A stretch of 63,543 bases of DNA, counting the filler, from Stramenopiles sp. TOSAG23-6 (taxonomy: Eukaryota), in the NCBI GenBank assembly GCA_900128565.1. It is 11 parts of 11 records of this genome, joined end to end, with 100 filler letters (N's around TTAATTAATTAA, not from the genome) between each part and the next. Parts side by side here need not be neighbours in the genome. Positions count along the whole stretch, not along the records: positions 6,852 to 13,593 come from LT636654.1; positions 13,694 to 20,432 come from LT636655.1; positions 20,533 to 27,259 come from LT636656.1; 8 more parts are not named here. One strand, 5' to 3'. Below, in pieces: positions 10,997-21,243 of the stretch. The stretch's first letter is position 1, and every line of letters begins with the position of its first letter. The position numbers and the translations under genes are program-made. Under the pieces are notes generated by a model. It saw only the letters and a list, made by a program, of their open reading frames with translations, was not told the DNA's origin and ran no database searches.

Positions 10997-12001
10997 TCAA
11001 AGTTTTTTTACTTCTTCGTATGTATCGTATCCCAATTCGCAGTAATGAGACACCGGTGGCTTTGGATATGGCATTCCATGAACATCTCTCTTGTTAGGGT
11101 CATAGGGTGGTGGGCCCTTTCCTGCCAGATTTACATTCCAATAACATTTTGTGTAACGAGCATCTTTTGCATTTGGTTCATAAGTACATCCAGGCAATTT
11201 ATCCGGAAAACCAAGTGTTCCTTGGCGTCCTGGTTTTGACCAAAGTTTTTCCTCAGGCTCTACTCCAAGACAAAAGTGTTTACAGTCGTTTTTTGTGGTG
11301 CATTTGCCAAACGGTTTTTTTGGTTTTAGCCGTGTTCGTTGACATTGACGAAACAGGTGTGTGTCTAAGGAAGCTATGCTTTTTTTATTGGCATTCCAGT
11401 AACATTTAGATTCAATTGGCGGCAGATTTTGTCTTTTTCTTTCCTCTCGTATTTTTGGATCGACTTCTACAGTAGCAACACATCCGTACGGTATATCCAT
11501 ACGGTTTTCGTATGTCGCCATTACCTTACAGTAGGCACCACATGTTTCTTGCGTCGGACATACTTTATTAGAGTTTATCAATTGATCAACTTTAAAAGAT
11601 AGCTCTCTAGTTTTTATTTTCAATTTATACAGTAACTGAGATGAATTTTCTGGCAAAAGTGGCATTTTCTTGGCTTGTACTTCTGCATCTTTACCACAAC
11701 ACCCGGTTCCTTCTGCCTCCACAGCAGCCGCAGTATCAGCCTCTGCTGTTTCAACCTTAGAATGCAAATCTTGAACTTGTGTAGGTTTGAAGACAACATT
11801 TTTCCCCATTGTCGTAAACGTGGAGGTTGTGACGCCTATTCCCATTTTAGGATCAACGCCACAAGGAACTCCTTTGTTTGTCAAACAGTCTTTCTGCATT
11901 AGTTTTTGCTTTTTTAAAATCCCCGCTTTCAAAGCGGTACATTGCTTTTCGGAGATAAAAAGTGCAATCAGTGATAAGCGTATTAGTACCGCGCCCATCA
12001 T
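10997..12001 (-). CDS. Secreted Cys-rich protein with two P-x-GC...KCYWN repeats
   Basis: Signal peptide, short coiled coil, IPYGC..SKCYWN and LPGC..TKCYWN. Confidence 0.75.
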   Translation of the reverse strand: MMGAVLIRLSLIALFISEKQCTALKAGILKKQKLMQKDCLTNKGVPCGVDPKMGIGVTTSTFTTMGKNVVFKPTQVQDLHSKVETAEADTAAAVEAEGTGCCGKDAEVQAKKMPLLPENSSQLLYKLKIKTRELSFKVDQLINSNKVCPTQETCGAYCKVMATYENRMDIPYGCVATVEVDPKIREERKRQNLPPIESKCYWNANKKSIASLDTHLFRQCQRTRLKPKKPFGKCTTKNDCKHFCLGVEPEEKLWSKPGRQGTLGFPDKLPGCTYEPNAKDARYTKCYWNVNLAGKGPPPYDPNKRDVHGMPYPKPPVSHYCELGYDTYEEVKKL

Positions 12002-12519
12002 TTACAATTTCAATCCAAAAGTATCTTTTATGTAGTAGAGCAACCAAAATGGATTCGAATTTCGAAACATCTACTCGATTTTCGAAATTCGAACTCGAAG
12101 TACATTTTTTGAAATTTCAAATTTTGAAAAAAATCCTTCTGCAAACACAGGTATTTCGTGTTTTTTTTTATTTTGTTTTTTTCTTTTTTGTTTTTCCTCT
12201 TTTTCGTGTTTTGCTGGACGTGCTTCGTTTTCATATTTGCAAACGACTCATCGTTGTGTGTTTTCGTGTTTTGGGTATCAATTGAGAATAAACAGAATGT
12301 AACTTACTGACTTTTATTCTGTAGATCTGAATTTCAGAACATCATAAAACGTAAATCATTCATGTTTTCATTGAAAAAAAAGAAAAAAACAAAATTAAAA
12401 TTCAAAAAAATTTTAAAAATTAAAATTTCAAAATTTGTTTCACACTATAGGATCATTGGCGTTCTGAATGAATAAAACAATTAGCAAAAATCGTCAAAAA
12501 TCATTTTATTATATGTATG

Positions 12520-12735
12520 TGTATCTTACTTCTCATCATCATCATCATCAGAAAACAACAAATCTTACTTTTCCTCGTCATCGTCATCAGAAAATAACAA
12601 ATCTTACTTCTCGTCATCATCATCATCAGAAAATAACAAATCTTACTTCTCCTCATCATCATCATCATCATCAGAAAATAACAAATCTTACTTCTCATCA
12701 TCATCATCATCATCATCAGAAAATAACAAATCACA
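12520..12735. repeat. Minisatellite of ~33-45 bp units with variable (TCA)n, overlapping the 3' end of the minus-strand gene
   Basis: CAGAAAATAACAAATCTTACTT..(CAT)n repeated about 5 times. Confidence 0.9.
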
Positions 12736-13207
12736 TTCAGCCACTTTTTCAAGTAAAATATGCTTTGATGTATCTAGAGCATGTTTGTCCATTGCTCTTT
12801 TTTTTGTACTAGAACCAAACCCTAACCCTAACCCTACATTTCTTTTTGTACTAGTACCAAACCCTAACCCTACATTTATTTTTGTTGAAGATTTTATCAT
12901 TCTGATTTTATATACCCAAATACAAAATGCATTTTGTATTTGTCTCTGTATGGAACGTCTACAAAAACATTTAAGTAGAAAAGTTTTTGCTTTTTTATTC
13001 ATTTTCAAATTTTTTGAAATTTCGTTTTTCAATTTTTCATTCATTTTCAATTTTTTTGAAATTTCGTTTTTTAATTCTTCATTTTCTGTTTTGTAGAATG
13101 TCATTTCTTTTTTCAAATCAACACAGACTTTGACAACCTGTTTATATCGTTGTACATTTATTCGACTTTTAGGGTCATTTCGAGCATTGGTTGTACCGAC
13201 ATTTAAC
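12688..13207 (-). CDS. Terminal exon of a coiled-coil protein
   Basis: Open frame preceded on the minus strand by a family-type 3' end (TTCACAATATAT). Confidence 0.55.
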
Positions 13208-13438
13208 ATATATTGTGAAAAAAAAATAATTTAAAAATATCATGAATTTTTTTTTCATACGAAATTTTGTACCTAACAAAAAAAAAAAAAAAAAAAAAAT
13301 TCACATATTTTCAATTAAAATTCAAAATTTAAAATTTAAAATTAAAACCAATATATATACTATAGTATAGTATGTACTATAGTAAAATTTCAGAAGCACA
13401 AAAAAAAAAAAAAAAAAAATGAAGAAAAAAAAAAAAAA

Positions 13439-13469
<31 letters not shown>

Positions 13470-13782
13470 TTAAAAAAAAAAGGGGAAAAAAAAAAAAAAA
13501 AAAAAAATTCCGAATAAAAAATTTCAAAAATTTTTTTTTTTTTTCTTTGAACAAAGAAAAAAAAAATTTAAAAAATTGAAAAACGAAATTTCANNNNNNN
13601 NNNNNNNNNNNNNNNNNNNNNNNNNNNNNNNNNNNNNTTAATTAATTAANNNNNNNNNNNNNNNNNNNNNNNNNNNNNNNNNNNNNNNNNNNNTATTTTG
13701 GAAAAATATTTCAAAAAAAAATCGTTAGGTACAAAATTTCGTACGAAAACAAAACTCGAATTTGAAAAAAAATAAAACATAC

Positions 13783-14382
13783 ATGGACATTAATATGTGA
13801 CAAATTAATCATCCAATCATTAGCCTGTGTTTTGATATTCATAAGTGTTTGTTTCACTTTTCCTGATGGCATTTCATATATATCTAAAGTTTTTGTTGGG
13901 ATCGATGAAGCATCTGGGAGAAATCGATTTGTAAAATAACCGGAAATTTTCGAAGGTTCGAAGATTTCTTCCACAGCCTCTTCTATTGGAGGAGCATTTA
14001 ATCGCTCACGCGTTTGTATTAATGCAGTCTGATGTGATGGCAAACGATTGAGGATAGATACGACTTCCGGTGATACAGGAAAATATCTGCGAATATCACC
14101 ATCTTGGGTTTTTCGTGCTAGTCTTTTATATAGATTATCACGAGATTCTTTTCCCCCAACTTGTTTTGGTTGTTTCTTTGCAGTAATTGCCAATCCTGCC
14201 AAACCCCCAGGATTGATTTTATCTGGAACATCTCCAGTGTGAGCGCTTTTCGTGTCTTCATTTGATCCGTATTTCATTTCGATAAGTCTATTAGTCCACA
14301 TTTCGATATAATGCTCTGCTGAGAAACGACCAGTTAATACATTCATTTTTATGACCTTTATGCTTTCAATATCAATACCTGG
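13783..14382 (-). CDS. Internal exon of unknown protein between two family introns
   Basis: 200-codon open frame PGIDIES...HINVH bounded by TACAT| and |GTATGTTTT. Confidence 0.65.
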
Positions 14383-14494
14383 ATGTATTTTAGAAAAATA
14401 TTTCAAAAAAAAAAAACTTAAATTTGTTAGGTACAAAATTTCATAGTAAAAAAAAAATTCGAATTTCAAATTTAAAAAAAAAAATAATACATAC
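14383..14494 (-). other. Family intron GT-AT
   Basis: Full consensus, phase 0. Confidence 0.75.
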
Positions 14495-15514
14495 ATTTTT
14501 TTCTTTTTTTTTTTTTGAATGTAATTTTAAATGTAATGTTGCATTAGGGTTAGGGTTCATTTCATGGAAAATGTAACCTTCGTTTTGTAGTGTTTTCAAA
14601 TCAGCTCTATATAAAATAGACTCTACAAAACCATCTTTATTTACTTTATATGTATTTTGGAAAAATATTTCGAAAAAAAAATCTAAAAAAAATGTTAGGT
14701 ACAAAATTTACTATGAAAAAAAAAATTCATACAAAAAAAAAATATTTCGAAAAAAAAAAATCTAAAATTTTTTGTTAGGTACAAAATTTCGTATGAAAAA
14801 AAAATTCATACTAAAAAAAAAAAAATAAAAAAAAAACATACATGCGCCATGTTCTAATGCTGCGTATTGTGGAGCACAAGGTACAGCAAGGACAGTTATA
14901 CCAGGCTTTGAAAAGTTAAAACCAGTATTGGTATCAGTATCAGTATCAGTATATTTTTTTTTTTTTTTTTCATCATAAAGATTGTGTTTATATTGTGCAA
15001 TTAATTCTTCTGAAAGCCGAAGATCAGAATCAGCATTTACTACCCAAAAACCAGGAGGTGAGTTGGAAATATGTCGAATTGTGTTGAGTACGGACAGTGC
15101 ATTGCCAATGTGTCCAAACAATTCCGACGGGTAACCATGTTTTGAAGGAAATGATGAAAAAAGAGGAACACGTTTGAGAGCAGTGTCTGTAGAGAGGAGA
15201 AGAATGTGAAGACCTTCCAGACGATCAGAATTTATAAATGTGTCTCCTGCAATTGCACTGAGATGCTCTGCAATGACAAGATTGGCATTAATAAAAGCCC
15301 CACCAGATCCAACGTATTGTGTACCAGGATCTGCAACAGCAATGAACTTTGTTTTTTGATGTATTTCTCCACAACGTTGCCGGCGAATCAAATCAGATAC
15401 GTGAGCATGAGCGTGTTCTTCTTTTGATGAAGAAACAGCAATAATATCCCACGGAGCAAGATCCATTGAAGATGCCACAACTTTTTCATTTGAAACTATT
15501 GAGGAAGATGTCAT
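14495..15514 (-). CDS. L-fucokinase/GDP-fucose pyrophosphorylase-like N-terminal region; exons 15514-14842 and 14649-14495
   Basis: WDIIAV, VADP..VGSGGAFINA, SPPGFWV; spliced HGAYKVNKDGFVESILYR resembles FCSK HGVYLTDPQGLVLDIYYQ (recalled). Confidence 0.75.
14650..14841 (-). other. Family intron GT-AT with duplicated internal core
   Basis: Two TACCTAAC cores (~14695, ~14775); restores HGAY. Confidence 0.8.
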
Positions 15515-15795
15515 TGGTATGAGTGTGTGAAGTACAAATGGCGTACAAATGTCTCAATAATATTCTTTACTTCAATTGTTTCATATATAATATTAGTATT
15601 ATATGTTTGACATGTCACCACAAAAAAATGTCATATATGAATTAATTGAAATTGAATTATTGAACCGACGAATTTTCTATACGAATTTGCGAATTTGCTA
15701 CGAATTTCGAATTTAAAAAAAAAAAAAAACAAAGTCAATATTGAATATTGAATTTTTTTATTCATACAAAAATACATAATAAAAAAAAAGAAGAT

Positions 15796-16362
15796 TCAAC
15801 TCATCTTTGGATGTATTGGATTATCGTTATATGAAGCATATTCTGCCCAACTACCATCATAGAGAGAGACTAACTTCATTTTGTCATTTGTTTTGTCATT
15901 TATTTTGTCATTTATTTTGTCATTTATTTTGTTAGGGTTAGGGTTACATTGCTCATTCACTTTTCTCTTTTTATTGTGATTAACCGACAAAGATTGAAAT
16001 TGAGTTGATTCAGACTGTATATAATTTACTGCCAAGGCAACAATACACGCTGTGATACCACTACCACATGTAACAACAATTGGTTTATTTACATCTACTT
16101 TTGTTTCGGAGAATATTTTAATCAATTCAGTTTTATTTTTGATAAAGACATGATCACTAGGGTTAGGGTTTGTTTCTTTTTCTTCAAAAAAATTTGTAGT
16201 TTTTGCTAATAATGATGTATATGGAATATTGAAACTTTTTGGTATATGCCCACTAGAAATATCATGTATTGTAGAGGAAGAGAAAATGTAGTTCAAATAT
16301 TTTGTTAGATACAAAAAACCGAAAAAACGAAAATATTGTGCTACTTTTTATGAAAAAAAAAT

Positions 16363-16393
<31 letters not shown>

Positions 16394-17132
16394 AGTCATT
16401 TGGAAAATGTACTTTTCGTGGTTCTGGTTCTGTTCCATTAAATCGACCTGGAGATCGAGCATCCACCACTTGTACGGTATTTGATGTAATATTATCAATC
16501 ATTTGTTTCATAGTAAACACAGTTTTTGAATCTTTCTTGAAAAATTGTTGAAATTGTGTTTCATCTAATGATTGTGTTTCATCTAATGATTGTGAGATAG
16601 TAGAGGTAGTAGTCGATTTCGATTTTTTTAATGAACCTTTTTCTAATGGAAACCCAGAGGAAATCCAGAAAGGTAACCCACCATTCAATACAGCAATACG
16701 GTTAGCAGGTATACCAAATAAGCGAAATGTATACCATACTCGAGGAGCGCTGAATATACCATGGGTGTCATATACCACAATTGTAGAGTTTGGTTTAATT
16801 CCTAGTGATCTGACATGGTTTATAAAGGAATCATTTGTAGGTAGCATATGTGGAAGAGTATCATTTTCAAGATCACTTATTGAATCAATATCAAAGAAGC
16901 GAGCTCCAGGAATGCGTCTTTCTTCAAAATGTAACTTTGCATCCAATTTGCTATTTGGCATGAACCAAGTGGCATCAAGAATAATGAGATCATTTGTTTT
17001 CTTTGTTATTTCCTTGTGTAACCACTCACATGAAACAAATCCAGATGTATTCATCGAACTAAAACGATTTAATGAAAATTGACGACAATGTTGATTACAA
17101 GACAAAACTATATTACGAACATACTGTTTCAT
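15796..17132 (-). CDS. 3-mercaptopyruvate sulfurtransferase/rhodanese; exons 17132-16413 and 16263-15796
   Basis: RIPGARFFDID, LPHMLP, DARSPGRF, CGSGITAC active site, LYDGSWAEY. Confidence 0.95.
16264..16412 (-). other. Family intron GT-AT containing a telomeric tract
   Basis: Restores EPEPRKDISSGHIP (family pattern EPEPRxGxRSGHIP) without an indel; no AG near the 3' end gives an in-phase stop-free join. Confidence 0.85.
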
Positions 17133-17705
17133 GTAAATAATCTTTTTTCGACGTAATAATTATTAAATTTTTGGTGATACAAAAGTATCGACTGTGACTA
17201 TCATTGTCATGTCTGTTATGACCTGTCAAAATTCAGTATGTATTTTGTCCAATGTTTCGTGTTATTCTTACTGCAGCTAGCTAGAAAACTACTACTACTA
17301 CTACTACTACTACTAGCTAGCTGTAGAGTACCAGTAGTAGTGCTATACGAATTATAATATATAGTTAGTTTAAATGTAAGATTATAATATATACTACGTA
17401 GTTAGTTTAAATGTAAGCAAATTTATAAATTTATAAATTTGCTATTACGTAATATAATATAATATAATATAATATAATACAAAAAAAAAGATTATTTTTG
17501 TTGATATGTGCGAAGAAGACCTATAACAGTTCTGATTATTATAGATATTATGGAAAACGCAAAAAAATCAACAAAGTCATTTTTAAAGAGAGAGTTTTAT
17601 TCATTCCAACTCTTCATAGAGTATAATATACAGGTTCCTGAGGGTTTGCCACGAAATATATTTTTGATTAAGTTTCTCACCCAATGACAATAAACAAATG
17701 TCATC

Positions 17706-18488
17706 TTAATTTGTCAGAGAAAGTAACAAAGTAGCGAAAAGTAATACCAAAGAAGGGACAATAAGTGATGGATTATTATTACAGAGATTTCCGCTGCAAG
17801 TTTTGAAAGATGTACATTTTACAGCCGTAACACCCTTGAAGTACTCTTCAGCTTTGTCTGCCGAATCCAGGAATTTCTGATAATCTTCACAACTTTTAAA
17901 CTGTTTTCGAGAACAAAAACCACCTTCCCCAGTTATGCTTGTACCATCCTCCTTTGTGCCCGAAACTTCCATTATCGCACAGTCATAAGTACTGTTGTCA
18001 CAAGTCACTTCTGTTTTTTCAGCATCGGAAGATTGTTTTGGAACGCTTTTATACCAAGAATAACACCTCTTCTCATTTCCCCCATCATCTACCCCATCAT
18101 TACAAAGATTTCCGCTGCAAGGTATGAAAGATATACAAGCTATCTTCTTAATATCCCCAAAGTACTTTTTATATGAAGTGGTGTCCATCGCCTTCAGCTC
18201 TTTCTCAAAAGCTTCACAATTTTTCCACTCTTTTGGAGCACACGCACCAAGGTCCCCAGTTATGCTTGTACCATCCAATGTGCCCGAAAGTTTCATTGTC
18301 GCACAGACATAAGTACTGTCTTCACAAATCATTTCTTTTTTTTCAACATCGCCAGTTTGAACGTTTGTTTCCCATTGATAACACGTCTTCTTCTCATTTC
18401 CCCAATTGCTTTTAGCGTCAGCACTGGCATTACCGGCCTTACTGACAATGATCAGTGCAGAAAAGGTAATCAATGGTAAAACTTTCAT
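17706..18488 (-). CDS. Putative GPI-anchored surface protein with two Ly6/uPAR-like Cys repeats
   Basis: Signal peptide, two ~105-aa repeats each ending CSGNLCN, hydrophobic C-terminus. Confidence 0.75.
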   Translation of the reverse strand: MKVLPLITFSALIIVSKAGNASADAKSNWGNEKKTCYQWETNVQTGDVEKKEMICEDSTYVCATMKLSGTLDGTSITGDLGACAPKEWKNCEAFEKELKAMDTTSYKKYFGDIKKIACISFIPCSGNLCNDGVDDGGNEKRCYSWYKSVPKQSSDAEKTEVTCDNSTYDCAIMEVSGTKEDGTSITGEGGFCSRKQFKSCEDYQKFLDSADKAEEYFKGVTAVKCTSFKTCSGNLCNNNPSLIVPSLVLLFATLLLSLTN

Positions 18489-18784
18489 GTTCTGTGGAAA
18501 AAGTAAAGTACAACCGTAAGATATTCTACCCGTAACGCTGTAGTAGTAGTACTAGTCAAAAAATTTAAAGATCGTAAAGTTTGATTAAAAAAAAAAAACG
18601 TTGGTACCGGGTACGTAAATTTATTCGATGAAATGACGTTGACCACCAAAACCTAAACAAACAAAAGAGCAAAAAAAAAGAAGTGAAAAACAACAACAAC
18701 ACTAACTTTTGATATAATACATTGAATATTCGTTTTGTCGTGGCACCGATAAACCTATATAGGAAACTAAATCATTCAACTTCA

Positions 18785-20376
18785 ATGACAGATTCATCCT
18801 TGTATTCAGTGTTTCAGAGCACATTTTGTTTTGTACGTCGTGGCCAATACATGGATGCTCTGGCAACATTCAAGAAAATATCCGCAATCTCGATATCTTC
18901 AGATTTGAGTGTTCCAACATATATAGCAGAGCTTCTTGTAGCAACAAACACTGTCATTATTTCTCTACAGGTACATTCTGACAACACTACATACGATAAC
19001 CGTAGTGAGAAAGTATTGTATCTTCTCCGACGTGTTCCTGGACTATTTGAGTTTACTAGACAACACCATGAGTTGATGCAAACACATGTCGAAACTTTAA
19101 TTGTTGACATTGTTTGCGGTATCACACAGCTCGGTTTACTCTACGACATTCCATTGACACATTCTATTATAGATATGTCACTTGAATGGTTTCATTCATT
19201 TCATTTATTGAGAATGAATCATACTCTGACAAAATCTAAATTACAGACACATGTCACTGAAGCAAAGTCATCATGAACGTTTTATTTATTTTTTTTTTTC
19301 CGGTAAAAAAAAAATCGAATTTATTTTTTATAGTAAATTTTGTACCTAACAATTTTTTTTTTATAGAAAATTTTGAAATATTTTCCAAAATACATTGTTG
19401 TCGAATTATAATTCTTCTCATGGCACAAACTCCAATCTAGATTACTTGATACAAAAAATACAACATCTGTGTATAAGAAAAACATTATCATGTTTGTTTC
19501 AATGATACATTTCAATTTTTTTTTTCGTACGAAATTCTGTACCTAACAAAAAAAATTTCGATTTTTTCTACAATATTTTTTCACAATTCATTGAACCTAT
19601 ATATTCGATTTTTGTTACTCATCATGACATCTAGTTTAAAAAGGAAACGTTTTGATTTCGTGCTTTTGACGAGTACGAAGTTGTGTGCGGCACTGCGAAA
19701 CCCTAACCCTAAAGATTGTAACAACACTACTAAAAATGAACAAAATGAAACAAATAAACATTACAAAAAAAATTTTCAACACGAGGAAATTTGTTATGAT
19801 ATTGATGAGATTATAAGTATATCTTTACTAAAGTCTTCCTATCTACAGACAATTTCATTCATTCATTTTGAAAAACTCCAAGAAGCAATTTGTTGCATTG
19901 ATCGTGTATGTTTTTTTTCAATTTTTTTTCAATTTTTTTTCAATTTCGAATTTTTTTTTTTTTTGGTTTTTTGGTTTTCGTACGAAATTTCGTACCTAAG
20001 AAATTTTACAAAAAAAATATTTTTTCACAATACATGCAATTCAAGAATTTCAAGAATTTCAACAAACCCTAACCCTAAGTGGAACGATTCCAAATGAAAA
20101 TATAACAAATAATTCAAACAAAACAAACAATTCAATATATATAACACAAGAATATCGTACCTATGGTGCTTCTTTATTTTTATCTGGTTGTATACATTTT
20201 TCTTTATCTTTTGACAAAAACCCTAACCCTAATGAAAACAAACATAAAAACCCTAACCCTACCACTGAAACAAAAAAAGCAAAACAAAAACATTGTACAT
20301 TAGCTCTAGACCGGTTCCAGCGTTGTGCACGAAATCGCTTATATTTACCTATCATTTCAACATTTATGTCTGGACT
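18785..20376 (+). CDS. TPR-like helical protein, 5' part; exons 18785-19274, 19396-19491, 19592-19905, 20036-20376
   Basis: Continuous open frame after removing three family introns; a fourth starts at 20377. Confidence 0.65.
19275..19395 (+). other. Family intron GA-AT
   Basis: Starts GAACGTTTT (family GTACGTTTT); removal eliminates a TGA and keeps frame. Confidence 0.65.
19492..19591 (+). other. Family intron GT-AT
   Basis: Phase 1 into ORF 19591. Confidence 0.7.
19906..20035 (+). other. Family intron GT-AT
   Basis: Phase 0 into a 113-codon open exon. Confidence 0.75.
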
Positions 20377-20593
20377 GTATGTTTTATTTTTTTTTTTTAC
20401 AAAAAAATCGAATTTATTTTTCGTACGAAATTNNNNNNNNNNNNNNNNNNNNNNNNNNNNNNNNNNNNNNNNNNNNTTAATTAATTAANNNNNNNNNNNN
20501 NNNNNNNNNNNNNNNNNNNNNNNNNNNNNNNNACGAAATTTTGTACCTAACAAATTTTAGTTTTTTTTTTTGAAATATTTTTCCAAAATTCAT

Positions 20594-20753
20594 GTTGTAT
20601 GCCGTGCCAGAATTATTTTTGATAGATATCTTGTTTTTATTACTGTATAAATTTGTCCTCATGTCTGGTTTCGTACAAGCGAAACTTCAATTATTTCATA
20701 GGAATCGAAGTAAACTGGAACAATTTGAAGAAATGAAGGATCTTGGGAAATAA
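20594..20753 (+). CDS. Terminal exon with a hydrophobic segment
   Basis: LYAVPELFLIDILFLLLYKFVLM...GK* follows a family 3' end. Confidence 0.45.
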
Positions 20754-21243
20754 TAACCTAAAAAACAGACGTATTGTTTTGTATATATTTTTTGTTACCA
20801 AAGTGAACAGCCAGTGAGATTCAAGGATAATTAGCACGATAAATTATATGGGGACGTAAAAAATAAAGGAATACTTTAAATATATTTATATGTGTAGTGA
20901 CCGTATATTATTTCACAATATTGTAATACTACCTATATACATTTTGTGTTTGAGGAAACTCAAAAACTTTCATTGCCACAGTATAAAAAAAAAGTAAGTT
21001 GCTTTACATATCACTATATTATATTACATTATTATCATAGTGTACAGCGTGTTCCATTGCAATAGTAGTTTTATGACATTAACCCTAATCCTAATTATTA
21101 TCATAGTGTACAGCGCGTTCCATTGCAATAGTAGTTTTATGACATTTTCGTAAAATAGCCTCGTGTCCCTGTATATGTTTATGTATATAAATGTATGCAT
21201 AATAAGTAAAACGTGGAGGGTTGTTTATCAAAGCGAATTAAAA

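Noticed and set aside
13390-13593. Poly-A rich tract
   Set aside because: Looks like low-quality sequence at a contig end
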